Source: Eledone cirrhosa
Taxonomy: Eukaryota
Reading direction: 5' to 3'
Length of the DNA stretch: 64,000 nucleotides
NCBI GenBank assembly: GCA_964016885.1
Contig: OZ024743.1
Location: forward strand, 362,142,001-362,206,000
Below are positions 14,875 to 27,862 of the stretch, piece after piece (positions within the stretch are counted from its first letter, which is position 1; each line of letters opens with the position of its first letter). The translations under genes were made by a program, and so were the position numbers. Under the pieces are notes generated by a model. It saw nothing but the letters and a program-made list of their open reading frames with translations, was not told where the DNA came from and made no database searches.

Positions 14875-15210
14875 CTTTTTTTGTTTAATATAAGGAACTG
14901 TTTCATTGTTTATTCATTATTTGTTTAATATTTTATATATATATATATATATTCTGTCTGTTGATTATAGACATACAGATACATTAGCCCTAAATTTTTA
15001 TATTTACATACATTTTTTCAATATACGTATACATATGAGCATAGACTTTTATGCACATCTGTGAGCGTATTTACATACATATACACACACCTAACTGTAT
15101 TTTCTTGATAAATTTTTATGTATCTCAATCCTTATTTCATTGGTCTATTCAAAATCTGTTCCCAAACAGACCTGTTATTTTGAATTGTTGTTATTATCAA
15201 TAAACAAGCA

Positions 15211-15351
15211 TCATTATTTCTGAAGACAGCATATATATGTGAAGGTATGTATATTCTCTCTGATAGTTTGTATAATTTTGTACATAGATCTTTTGAATAT
15301 GCATACCAATTCTAGCACATATATGTCCTAGAAACGATCGTAAAATAATGA
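15211..15351 (+). ncRNA. Hammerhead ribozyme motif, family C (long stem II, GUA site)
   Basis: TCATTATTT-CTGAAGA-...-GAAAC-GATC-GTA-AAATAATGA, in an inverted copy of the ~2305-2545 region. Confidence 0.7.
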
Positions 15352-15559
15352 ACTTTTTTTGTTTAATATAAGGAACTGTTTCTTTGTTTATTCATTATTT
15401 TTTTAATAATTTATATATATATATATATATTTTCATTTTTTCCGTTTATCGTTTTCGGTGCACTCGGCCGATTAACCCACTCGATATGCAAATTGCGCTA
15501 CTCAGCCGTTAATATGCATAAGGTAAGTATATATGTTCAACAATCTGGCAGGAAGGTAT

Positions 15560-15602
15560 ACGTTGCTGAAGATAGCTAAGAAGCTTGAAACTAGTAGAGC
15601 GT
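15560..15602 (+). ncRNA. Type I hammerhead ribozyme, family A unit 1
   Basis: ACGTTG-CTGAAGA-TAGCT-AAGA-AGCTT-GAAAC-TA-GTA-GAGCGT. The core is intact but the first stem I pair is a G.G mismatch. Confidence 0.75.
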
Positions 15603-15981
15603 TCCTTTGTCAGTGTTGAACAAACGAGCAACGATGGTTGCTAGACACTACTGCTTAATACGGGATGTTTGTTTACAAACACACCGAGCATTATAATAAA
15701 TGTTCGGTGAATCCATACGTACATATATATATGTGTGTGCATGTATGTATATATATATACATACTACTGTACGTCTGTATACATATATGTATGTACGTGT
15801 ACATACTTATATTTAAGTAACAGCCGTACTAAGAGTGGGGAATGAAATTTCGTTTCATTTTTTCCGTTTATCCTTTTCGGTGCACCCGGCCCATTAACCC
15901 ACTCGATAGGCAAATTGGGCTACTCAGCCGTTAATATGCATAAGTTAAGTATATACGTTCTACAATCTGGCAGGAAGGTAT

Positions 15982-16024
15982 ACGTTGCTGACAATAGCTA
16001 ATAAGCTTGAAACTAGTACAGCGT
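15982..16024 (+). ncRNA. Hammerhead ribozyme, family A unit 2 (G8A core variant)
   Basis: ACGTTG-CTGACAA-TAGCT-AATA-AGCTT-GAAAC-TA-GTA-CAGCGT. Confidence 0.65.
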
Positions 16025-16402
16025 TCTTTTGTCAGTGTTAAACCAACGAGCAACGATAGTTGCTAGACACTGCGGCTTAATACGGGATGTTTGTTTACAA
16101 ACACACCGAGCATTATAATAAATGTTCGGTGTATCCATACGTACGTATATATATGTGTGCATGTATGTATATATATATACATACTACTGTACGTCTGTAT
16201 ACATATATGTATGTACGTGTACATACTTATATTTAAGTAACAGCCGTACTAAGAGTGGGAAATGAAATTTCGTTTCATTTTTTCCGTTTATCGTTTCGGT
16301 GCACCCGGCCCATTAACCCACTCGATATGCAAATTGGGCTACTCAGCCGTTAATATGCATAAGGTAACTATATACGTTCAACAAAATCTGGCAGGAAGGT
16401 AT

Positions 16403-16444
16403 ACGTTGCTGACGTAGCTAATAAGCTTGAAACTAGTACAGCGT
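16403..16444 (+). ncRNA. Hammerhead ribozyme, family A unit 3 (A9 deleted)
   Basis: ACGTTG-CTGACG-TAGCT-AATA-AGCTT-GAAAC-TA-GTA-CAGCGT. Confidence 0.65.
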
Positions 16445-16710
16445 TCTTTTGTCAGTGTTAAACAAACGAGCAACGATGGTTGCTAGACACTACGGCTTAA
16501 TACGGAATGTTTGTTTACAAACACACCGAGCATTATATTAAATGTTCGGTGAATCCATACGTACGTATATATATGTGTGCATGTATGTATATATATATAT
16601 ACATACTACTGTACGTCTGTATACATATATGTATGTACGTGTACATACTTATATTTAAGTAACAGCCGTACTAAGAGTGGGAAATGAAATTTCGTTTCAT
16701 TTTTTCCATT

Positions 16711-16847
<137 letters not shown>

Positions 16848-17540
16848 ATGACGTACAAATGCCTGATACTTTCAATATGTTACTTTCTCCGAGCGTGAAA
16901 CTAATAAAATGTTCGTTCTCTCCCTGTTTCCTTCACACACACACACACACAGACATGCATATATGTACATATTTATATTATCATCTTCTTTATCCATCTT
17001 CCATTACCTTCCATCATTTGTCATTATTTTTCATTACTTTAATATTTCTTCCACATTATCCTTATTAATATTAATAATTATGTATGATTTACACCTAAAT
17101 TATAATTTTTAGATTTATTTTCTACTTTTATATTTATTTATTATCTTTTTCGTACATAATTCTGTAATATGTGCTTGTATGCGCGAGCGTTTATATATAC
17201 ATACGTGCTCACATGTATCCGTGCAGGGATACATATGTACATAAATGCATATGTACACATATATACATTTTCGGACTATCCTTTATTTTCTGGGTTCTTT
17301 ATTACTAATTTTATCATTGTCTCGACCTACACCACTAACATTATATTACTTCACTACCATTATTTTCATATATACTATCTATTTATTTTATTACATTATT
17401 ATTAGCACTCCCATTCTTATAAATTAGCTTCATATTTGACTTTAAACACCATTATTATTACTACTGGTGTTATAATATGAAGATATTGTTATTAGAAACC
17501 ACTACTATTATTATGATAATATTGTGGTTGATATGATATT

Positions 17541-19670
17541 GTGGTGGATTGGCAGTATCGGTAGAGCGTCGGACTCCATGTTTGGGGGCATGGAGTTATG
17601 CTCTGAGATCAAAGTCCGTCGAGGTTAGCTTAGCCTTTCATCCTTACGAGTCGATAAAATAAAGTACCAGTAATGCACTGGTTCGATTTTTCGACTTTTC
17701 TCTCTCCCTAAATCGCTGGCCTTGTGCCTATAATAGAAATTATTATTATCATTTACATAATTATTTTTATTGCACATCATTACTGCTTCACCGAGCACAG
17801 CTCTAGAACATTTCGTGATATGTGTGCAGTGCCTAGTAGTGCTATCTTTTGTATGCTGTATATATTTGCAAGTCCTGAGGTTTTGGTTATGTATTTGTCT
17901 GTGTGATTTTTTACCATTCACAGAGCACCTATTATTATAAGTGTTGTTTCTGTTTTGATGTTCCACACTCCAGTTACTTCTATCGCTAGATCTTTATATT
18001 TGGAGAGTTTCTCTATTTTCTCGGAAGATATATTGCCGTCTGTGGGGATTGATACATCTATTAGAAGGCATTTTTTGGTCGTCTTTCACCATAATATCTG
18101 GTTGTTACGGGGTCGATAAAATAAACTACTATTGGCACAAGGCCAGCAATTACTCAGTACAGTACTGGTACTTTATTTTATCGACCCCGTAAGGATGAAA
18201 GGCAAAGTTAACCTTGGCGGGATTTGAACTCAGAATGGCAAGGGCCGTAACTCTATGCGTCAAAGCATGGCGTCCGATCCTCTACCGATACTGCCAATCC
18301 ACCTACCAATAATGCACTGGGATAATTGCTGGCGTTGTGCCAAAAGTAGAAACAACTATTACTATCATCATTGGCAGTATAGGTAGAGGCTTGGATGCTA
18401 TGCTTTGAAGCATAGAGTTCCCTGCCTTTACGATCTGAGTTCAAATCCCGCCGAGGTTAACTTTGCCTTTCATCCTTACGGGGTCGATAAAATAAAGTAC
18501 CAGTAATGCACTGGGATAATTGCTGGCCTTGTGCCAAAAGTAGAAACAATTATTATTATTGGCAGTAGAGATGAAGCGTCGGATAACATACTTTGCGGCA
18601 TATAGTGTCGGCCCTTTATGTTCCAATCCCGCCGAGGTTAGATTTGCCTTTCATCTTTACGGGGTCGATAAAGCAAAGCACCAATAATGTACTGGGGTCG
18701 ATTTAATCCACGTTTCCCCCTCCACCAAATTTGCTGGCCTTGTGCTTAAATTAGAAACAATTATTATTATTATTGTTATTATTATTAATTGAGTTGGCAG
18801 TATCGGTAGAGTGTCGGACATGCTTTCCAGCATAGTTACGTCCCTTTACGATCTGAGTTCAAATCCCGCCGAGGCTAACTTTGCCTTTCATCCTTACGGG
18901 GTCGATAAAATAAAGTACCAGTAATGCACTGGAATAATTGCTGGCCTTGTGCTAAAAGTAGAAACAATTATTATTATTATTATTATTATTATAAGAGCGG
19001 TGGATTGGCAGTATCGGTAGAGGGTCGGACGCCATGCTTTCCAGCATAGAGTTACGGCCCTTTATTATCTGAGTTCAAACCTCACCGAGGTTAAGTTTGT
19101 CTTTCATCCTCACGGGGTCGATATAATAAAGTACCAGTCATGCACTGGGGTCGATTTAATCGGCTTTCCCTTCCCCCAAATTTGCTGGCCTTGTGCCAAA
19201 TGTAGAAACAATTATTATTATTGTTGTTGTTCCTTTCATCCTTACGGGGTCGATAAAATAAAGTACCAGTAATAAACTGAGTAATTGCTGGCCTTGTGCT
19301 AAAAGTAGAAACAATTATTATTGTTGTTGTTGTTGTTTGGTCTGTGAAGACGGGCAAGACGAGCTCCGGTAAGGTATGTGGATTTAAATTGTGTATTTTG
19401 TATTTTGCTGAAATCGTGTTGTTCAAAAGAGGTCATAAGACAAACATCTCATGATTAATTACTAGAGTATATATTTTGTTTTGAGGGTAAAATGTATTGG
19501 TTAATTCACTAACACATGTAATTTTGTCATATTTTTATTAAATTTTATCTGAGGTCAAATCCCGCCGAGGCTAACTTTGCCTTTCATCCTTACGGGGTCG
19601 ATAAAATAAAGTACCAGTAATACACTGGGATAATTGCTGACCTTGTGCCAAAAGTAGAAACAATTATTAT
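17541..19670. mobile_element. Cluster of ~9 full or partial copies of the main SINE family (mostly + strand, one - strand at ~18108-18305), separated by (TTA)n
   Basis: Repeated CTTTGCCTTTCATCCTTACGGGGTCGATAAAATAAAGTACCAG and GCTGGCCTTGTGCCAAAAGTAGAAAC blocks at ~17541, 18108(-), 18306, 18370, 18560, 18794, 18996, 19231 and 19548. Confidence 0.9.
17775..18108 (-). pseudogene. Degenerate 3' fragment of an R4/Dong-like LINE (restriction-like endonuclease end)
   Basis: The minus strand gives PDI..., CLLIDVSIP, EKLSKYKDL.IE and IQKIALLGTAHI, matching the C-terminus at 59200-59547. Confidence 0.7.
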
Positions 19671-20139
19671 TAAATTTGATTTATGCACATAGGCTTGTAT
19701 ATATGCACATTCAGATGGGCCTATATGTGAGCGGATGTCCGTATATGGTGAGTGTGTAATTTTGTGGGTGTGTAGTGCGTGGCTGTGTGCATCTGCTGAA
19801 AAACGTTTGGGGCATTCATAAAGAATTCATTATATAGAAAGTGCGATATTGCCTATGGTTACAAGACTATTCTGGTGTATGACATTTCTTTGAGAGCCAG
19901 TATGAATTAATGTCAATATCTTTTGTCAGTATCTTTTGCAAAATGTAAACAAAATTCTCCAGACTTTTTGTGCGTTCGAAAAGATGAATTTGTTGAGATA
20001 TTTATTTATTAAATGATTGATTCGATACGTCCCACGAGGATGAAACAATTGTAAATCAAATTATGATGTAAATAACTGTTTGGTAAAATATTTTAATGAA
20101 TAGATATATATATATTTATATACAGAGAGAGAGAGAGAG

Positions 20140-20213
<74 letters not shown>

Positions 20214-20221
20214 ACACACAT

Positions 20222-20264
<43 letters not shown>

Positions 20265-20400
20265 TATATAATTTATTGATACATGGAACAACATACATCC
20301 ACACCCACATACATATATATATATCCACACACACATATACATATACATATATATATATTATATACATATATATATATGTATATATATTTACATATATAAA

Positions 20401-21281
<881 letters not shown>

Positions 21282-21578
21282 ATATTGGGTATTGAAAATA
21301 TATATATATATATAAACGGAAAAAATGAAACGAAATTTCATTTCCCACTCTTAGTACGGCTGTTACTTAAATATAAGTATGTACACGTATATACATATAT
21401 GTATACAGACGTACAGTAGTATGTATATATATATACATACATGCACACATATATATATGTACGTATGGATTCACCGAACATTTATTATAATGCTCGGTGT
21501 GTTTGTAAACAAACATTCCGTATTAAGCCGCAGTGTCTAGCAACCATCGTTGCTCGTTTGGTCAACACTGACAAAGGA

Positions 21579-21621
21579 ACGCTGTACTAGTTTCAAGCTT
21601 ATTAGCTATCGTCAGCAACGT
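21579..21621 (-). ncRNA. Type I hammerhead ribozyme, family A, intact core
   Basis: The minus strand reads ACGTTG-CTGACGA-TAGCT-AATA-AGCTT-GAAAC-TA-GTA-CAGCGT. Confidence 0.85.
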
Positions 21622-22085
21622 ATACCTTCCTGCCAGATTGTAGAACGTATATACTTACCTTATGCATATTAACGGGTGAGTAGCCCAATTTGCATATCGA
21701 GTGGGTAAATCCGCCGGGTGCACCGAAAACGATAAACGGAAAAAACGAAACGAAATTTTATTTCCCACACACTTTCATTTACAAACACACCGAGCATAAT
21801 AATAAATGTTCGGTGAATCCATACGTACATATATATATGTGTGCATGTATGTATATATATATACATACTACTGTACGTCTGTATACATATATGTATGTAC
21901 GCGTACATACTTATATTTAAGTAACAGCCGTACTAAGAGTGGCAAATGAAATTTCGTTTCATTTTTTCCGTTTATCGTTTTCGGTGCACCCGGCCGATTT
22001 ACCCACTCGATATGCAAATTGGGCTACTCAGCCGTTAATATGCATAAGGTAAGTATATACGTTCAACAATCTGGCAGGAAGGTAT

Positions 22086-22128
22086 ACGTTGCTGACGATA
22101 GCTAATAAGCTTGAAACTAGTACAGCGT
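22086..22128 (+). ncRNA. Type I hammerhead ribozyme, family A, intact core
   Basis: ACGTTG-CTGACGA-TAGCT-AATA-AGCTT-GAAAC-TA-GTA-CAGCGT. Stem I extends via CTGGCA..GGAA / TTCC..TGTCAG around an internal loop. Confidence 0.85.
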
Positions 22129-22323
22129 TCCTTTGTCAGTGTTGAACAAACGAGCAACGACGGTTGCTAGACACTACGGCTTAATACGGGATGTTTGTTT
22201 ACAAACACACCGAGCATTATAATGTTCGGTGAATCCATACGTACATATATATATGTGTGTGCATGTATGTATATATACATACTACTGTACGTCTGTATAC
22301 ATATATGTATGTACGTGTACATA

Positions 22324-22372
<49 letters not shown>

Positions 22373-22374
<2 letters not shown>

Positions 22375-23684
22375 TCTCTACCAGATATTTTGTTTTAGTC
22401 TCATTCATTCTCAGCCCCACACTCATCGACACAGTCTCAACCTCCTGCATCAAATCCTCTGCCTCCTTCACTGTATTTGTCACCAAAGCTATGTCGTCGG
22501 CAAATTCAGCATCCGATACCTTTTTCGCCCCAACTCTCCTGCTCTGAGCCGGTGCTACAGTAAAGCCAGAGTCCTGGTGTTTCTCCAGTGCAAGGCGCAT
22601 ACAATAGTCCACTACGATGATAAAAAGGTAGGGAGCCAATGTATCTCACTGGAGCACTCCAACCAGTATCTCAAAGAACTCTGTCATCCCATCAGGTGTA
22701 ATGACTTGGGCTTTGGTGTTAGTGTAGAGCAGTGATATCAGGTCCACTATCTTCTTGAGGATTCCATAAGCCTGTAAGATCTTCATCAGGCAGTGACGGT
22801 CCACAGAATCAAAGGCCTTCCTAACGTCAATGAAAACCATGACCGCAGGAAGGCACTTTGCTCTAGCTCCCTCTAATATCCTCCTCAGCATCAGGATATG
22901 ACTGGTGGTTGATCTTCCCTCTCTGAAGCCGTTCTGGTTGTCACTGAGCTTCTTCTCCATTTCAGGCTGGATCCTGTTAAGAAACATCCTGTTGAGGGTC
23001 TTTGCCACAAGTGACGTCAGTGAGATCCCCCTGTAGTTGTTGGTGTTAGAGAGATCTCCCTTATTTGGCACTGGGACGATGTTACTGAGAAACCAGAGGG
23101 GATCACTAATGTAGGTGGGAAGCCGCTTGAATTAGTTGAGGACTTCTGTATTTAGGAGCAAAGATTGGGAATACGGAAGATGATGTGGTTGAGAGGAAAA
23201 GCAAAGCCTGGGAAGTCGGACCTTCGTAAAGACCTGAAAATCCGCCTCTTCATTGCTGTAGTGGAGTCTGTGCTTCTGTACGGGTCTGAGACTTGGACAC
23301 TGACCAAGAAACTTACTCAGATGGTGGATGGGTCCTACACGAGAATGCTGAGGATGGCTCTGAACATTAATCAGTATACACTGAGGATGAAAAACTTACA
23401 GCCGTATGGGAGCCTCCCAAATGTCAGCTCAAAAGTGACACAGAGGAGATTGAGAGTAGCTGGACATGCTCACCGACATCCAGAGTTGACATTGCACTCA
23501 GTGCTCCTGTGGCAGCCCCTACATGGACACACTGGAAGAGGGATACCAAGGTTAACGTATGTTGATGCCCAAAGGACAAACACTGGTCTGTTGGAGACGC
23601 AGGATATGGCAGCGATAATGAGGGACAGAGACCGCTGGAGAGAACTCGTCTATGGATCTCAGGAATTTTACCCGCCCTAGAGAA

Positions 23685-23685
<1 letters not shown>
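22373..23685. mobile_element. RTE-like LINE fragment with 5' inversion (RT on minus 22373-23090, C-terminal region on plus ~23090-23680)
   Basis: Minus strand: PNKGDLS..NYRGISL, QNGFREGRST, FID.RKAFDSV, GVLQ*D.LAPYLF and FADDIAL. Plus strand: LELVEDF.YLG, VESVLLYGSETWTLT and RRLR.AGH. Confidence 0.85.
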
Positions 23686-23724
<39 letters not shown>

Positions 23725-24274
23725 TTTTTTTTCAAGTTCCAATTGAGTTCTAGCACGTGGCCTGAATTACTTTTAGAATTCATTGTCCTGCGCATGTATT
23801 GTTTTTTTTTGGCCGGAATATACTTCCTCATTTTTGAATCAGTTTGAGTATTTCTTTAGAACTGCTGGAGTAGCAACCTAACAGATACCTCAGGTACTGA
23901 TGGTGATTATTGCTAAATACTGATATTGATTAGATTATCAATATTAGTATTATTGGGACCCACTGAAGAATTATAAGAGCCCACTTGAATATGTATCTGT
24001 TGATCTTATACAAGTTCCTACATAAATTGGTAAAATTTCACTCAAATTGTAGGAATCTTATAATGAAACGAGACGTCCATCTGGGAAGAGATATATTAGA
24101 TATGTCTCATATGTAATAATACAGCAAATTTTCCACACAATACATTTAGTTAGCACCCCGAACGTTTAATTAGGAATATACTCACTTATTTCCTAATGTT
24201 TGTTGAGTGAGTTGGAATTTGGCCGGAGTATCGCTAAAAGCTTTCTCCGATAATGTATTTATATATATATATAT

Positions 24275-25700
24275 TAAGTAGGCAAACTAATCAAGGAAGA
24301 GAGGTAACGGATTATGAAAATTACAATCCAGTAGAGAGAGGGTTAGTGTGCTCGATGCGTATAATTAGCAAGAGAGGTGAACAGGGTAATTGATTCGTAG
24401 AAAATTTCTCAAGCCGAAATATTATAAGCAGGGCTTAAAAAGCATGGAGAAAATATCAGAGAAAACAACAACAATTCATTGAATAAGTATATTTACTAGC
24501 TGACAAGTTGTTTCAGAGGTTGAATGGTCATTATACACGTGGGGTAATTGGTTACCGATTTGAAAATCGTTAACCGTATAGTGAAAATTAATATTCGACT
24601 CCCTCTTCAGAGCCCGAAAGAAATTTATAAACATATTAATTCAATGAAGTAAATTCATATCACCGTGGAGAAGATGCTACAATAATATCGACACTTGGAT
24701 AGATATGGACCTCATTTTAGAAAGGTGTTTATAGAGTAAATAAGTTAACTTGTAAATAAACATGGCGGAGACTAACAGGAGAATGTAAACAGGTTACCAA
24801 ATGGAGATAAACAGTACTCAAGGGAAGTGAATAAGTAGAATAGTATTAAATATTTACTTATGAAAATTGATAATATGGTTATAGGGGATAATGAAATAGA
24901 AAACAAAGGAACAATATGTTATAAATGGAATATCTAACTGTTACAGTATAAGAAATATAAATAATTATTACTGGACTGCTGTGTGAACGTCAAATCAGTA
25001 CGAAAATACTCTAAATATCAAAATGATGGGAGATATTTGGAATGTACAAAGGACAATTGAGAATGATTAAAGAAACTGGTATTCATAGGTACAGAAATAT
25101 GTGTAAATAGTAATATATAAAAAAAAAGTGGGTATTAATTAAAGGTGAGAAGATGAAAGAGCCACTAACTACAGGGGGATTGTAATATAAAGAGTCTGCA
25201 TTAAAATAGATACATGAAAAGGAAAGTTAGCAAGAATCGGTATAAATATAAGAAGGGAGGAGAAAAGCTTAAAATTGAGAATAATAAGGTAGGGTCTAAT
25301 TAAAGGAGGAATAATAACTAATTAAACAGTGAGGGTGTTTAGTGTAGGTAGATGATACAAATAAACAAATAGTGGGGAGGGAAAATAGATGAAGGTAGGG
25401 AATTTACTAGTCTAGCTAATGAAATAGAAGATTTTAAACTACTATTTCCGAACGAATATGGGTGAGAATTAAAGCGAGTCTTAAAAGAGTTAGCAGTAGC
25501 ACCAATGTACGTTTTAGTGTCATTAGGGGTCTTAACCGTACATCAATAATGTTGAATATTATATTAATTTTCACTGTACGGTTATCGATTTTCAAATCGG
25601 TAACCAATTATTTCACGTGCATAATGACCATCCAATCTCTGAAACAAATTATCAGGCTCTAAATGTACTTATGTTATGAATTATTTTTGTATTCTCTGAT
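24275..25700 (-). mobile_element. Short PLE remnant: GIY-YIG fragment (~25400-25512), 3' region with HHR, and inverted partial pLTR (~25550-25700, +)
   Basis: The minus strand reads YIGATANSFKTRFNSH. Region ~25560-25660 is the reverse complement of ~24500-24595. Confidence 0.7.
24498..24614 (-). ncRNA. Type I hammerhead ribozyme motif with ~90-nt stem II (family D)
   Basis: The minus strand reads GGCT-CTGAAGA-GGGAGTCGAAT...ATTCAACCTCT-GAAACAACTT-GTC-AGCT. Confidence 0.65.
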
Positions 25701-25702
25701 AA

Positions 25703-25735
25703 TTTATATATATATATATATATTTGTGTGTGTGT

Positions 25736-25828
<93 letters not shown>

Positions 25829-26899
25829 ACGGCCGTATGTAGGTAACAAACTTTCCGCTAAACGGCTGGACCAAATAGCACCAAATTTGCACCATAGATC
25901 TCACTTTTTCCAAGTAAAAAAGTGGGGGTATTTTTATCTTCTGAATTTTGTTAAAAGATTAAAGACATTATTTAAATATTCACTTCTTTACAATTTCAAA
26001 TGTCAACACTTCCGGTTATACGTCATTCCTCACTTTTTCTTATGACGTCGCACAACATTCCCCTCTTTTTCTTAGTCTATCTTTTTAGATAGATACATAG
26101 CTATAACGTAGCGCCCTTATAATATGTCTCTGTATGTCTGTCTGTCTGCATTAGATAACGTTTTTCGAAATATATTTACTTCGGCGTTCACAGACGGATT
26201 TTTTTAGTGAAAGCAGCGATTCTTTGCTTAAACTTTAATCTGTTATTTTAATATATATATTCGTGTACAGATTTTTTGCATACACAAAAACAAAAACCTA
26301 TTTATTTCACGAAACACAGACGGCTTATCGTCATTGTTACTGTTCGAGGTTAGAGGACCACAGTCTTTCCAAATCACTACAGCTTACCTGCTCTAAGTCA
26401 CTACAGCTTACCTGCTCCTGACAGGAGTGTCTAGAGGTCAACGTCTACAGAGCTTCTCCGCGAAACGAACTACGAAATCAGTGATTCTCCCATGGTCAAT
26501 TATATGTAGGATGCTCTAGGGTGAGCTCGCCAAACAATCTCTTCGTCTTTACTCCGGAGGGCCGAACAAAAAATATTGTATACTCTGAGGCTCTAACAAT
26601 GTAATTTAAATATTTTCTGTTACTTGGAATTTCCATTATGGTTGTACAAATTATTGTTTGTTAAAAAATGTGTTCTCTGTTCAGCCTTTATTGTTGTAAC
26701 TATCAATTTCATTTAACGTACTGGCTGCTGAACTGGGAAATCATAAAAACTATTCAAACTCAACATCAGAACACGTTAGCCCACCCCCATTCGCTGACTT
26801 GAGCGGGCGTACGGTATCTTTGCACAGGAGTGTAGGGGTTTCCTGAAAAGATAAAATGCCGGTATACCTAGCCGTACGCCAGCTGGACGGGCCAGCTAG
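25703..26899 (+). mobile_element. Non-autonomous, internally deleted Helitron
   Basis: RepHel remnants LLFEVRGPQSF (~26330-26370) and FSHGQLYVGCSRV...TKNIVYSEAL* (26485-26604, Pif1-type helicase motif VI). 3' GC-rich hairpin CCGT...ACGG (26872-26890) followed by CTAG|T at 26896-26900. The 5' boundary is approximate. Confidence 0.8.
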
Positions 26900-26951
26900 T
26901 ATATACATATATACATATATATTTATAAATATATATATATATATTTATATT

Positions 26952-27045
<94 letters not shown>

Positions 27046-27384
27046 CACATATATATATATATTTATATTTATATAAATTGAAACAAAATGAAAACGAAAT
27101 TTCATTTCTCACTCTTAGTATGGCACTTACTTAAATGTAAGTATGCATGTATACGTACATACATATATGTATACAGACGTACAGTAGCATGCACATATAT
27201 ATATATATATATACATATATACATACATATGCATACAGGTACACATACATATATGCACGTATCAGTTTAGCGGCGCTTATTATAACGTCGCTTTGTTCGT
27301 TTGTAAACAAACTGAACAGCCTGAATTTATGCCATACGGTGTTAAGGCAACCACGTCACCTTTTTGTTCAACACTGACACAGGA

Positions 27385-27427
27385 ACGATGTACTAGTTTC
27401 AAGCTTGTTAGCTATCATCAGCACCGT
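27385..27427 (-). ncRNA. Type I hammerhead ribozyme, family B, intact
   Basis: The minus strand reads ACGGTG-CTGATGA-TAGCT-AACA-AGCTT-GAAAC-TA-GTA-CATCGT. Confidence 0.85.
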
Positions 27428-27862
27428 TTACCCATCTGCCAGATAGTTGAACGTTCGAAAGTATATACTTTCCTTATGAAAATTAACGGCTGAGCAGCCT
27501 AATTTGCATATTGAGTGAGTTAAATCGGTCAGGCATACCGAAAACGATAAATTGAAACAAAATGAAAACGAAATTTCATTTCTCACTCTTAGTATGGCAC
27601 TTACTTAAATGTAAGTATGCATGTATACGTACATACATATATGTATACAGACGTACAGTAGCATGCACATATATATATATATATATATATACATATATAC
27701 ATACATATGCATACAGGTACACATACATATATGCACGTATCAGTTTAGCGGCGCTTATTATAACGTCGCTTTGTTCGTTTGTAAACAAACTGAACAGCCT
27801 GAATTTATGCCATACGGTGTTAAGACAACCACGTCACCTTTTTGTTCAACACTGACACAGGA

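Larger units (their letters stand above)
5919..14936. repeat. ~3.5 kb inverted duplication (arms 5919-9431 and 11432-14936, ~2.0 kb spacer containing the PLE ORF)
   Basis: The arms are reverse complements end to end (e.g. TTCAAAAATTG 9421-9431 / CAATTTTTGAA 11432-11442). ORFs are mirrored (6265-6582 vs 14273-14590). Differences are mostly in microsatellite length. Confidence 0.95.
15431..16710 (+). mobile_element. Tandem array of three ~420-bp HHR-containing units (retrozyme-like or solo PLE pseudo-LTRs, family A)
   Basis: Unit starts recur at ~15431, 15853, 16273 and 16695. Each unit carries an HHR core, there is no ORF, and the array is flanked by (TA)n. Confidence 0.85.
21313..22328. mobile_element. 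Family A HHR repeat, divergent inverted pair (minus 21313-21768, plus 21779-22328)
   Basis: Same unit as 15431-16710 in both orientations, each slightly longer than one unit. Confidence 0.85.

Noticed and set aside
17541-19670. Regularly recurring repeats suggestive of a CRISPR array or tRNA cluster
   Set aside because: The units are ~190-bp SINEs with tails and truncations; there are no unique spacers, cas genes or complete cloverleaves.
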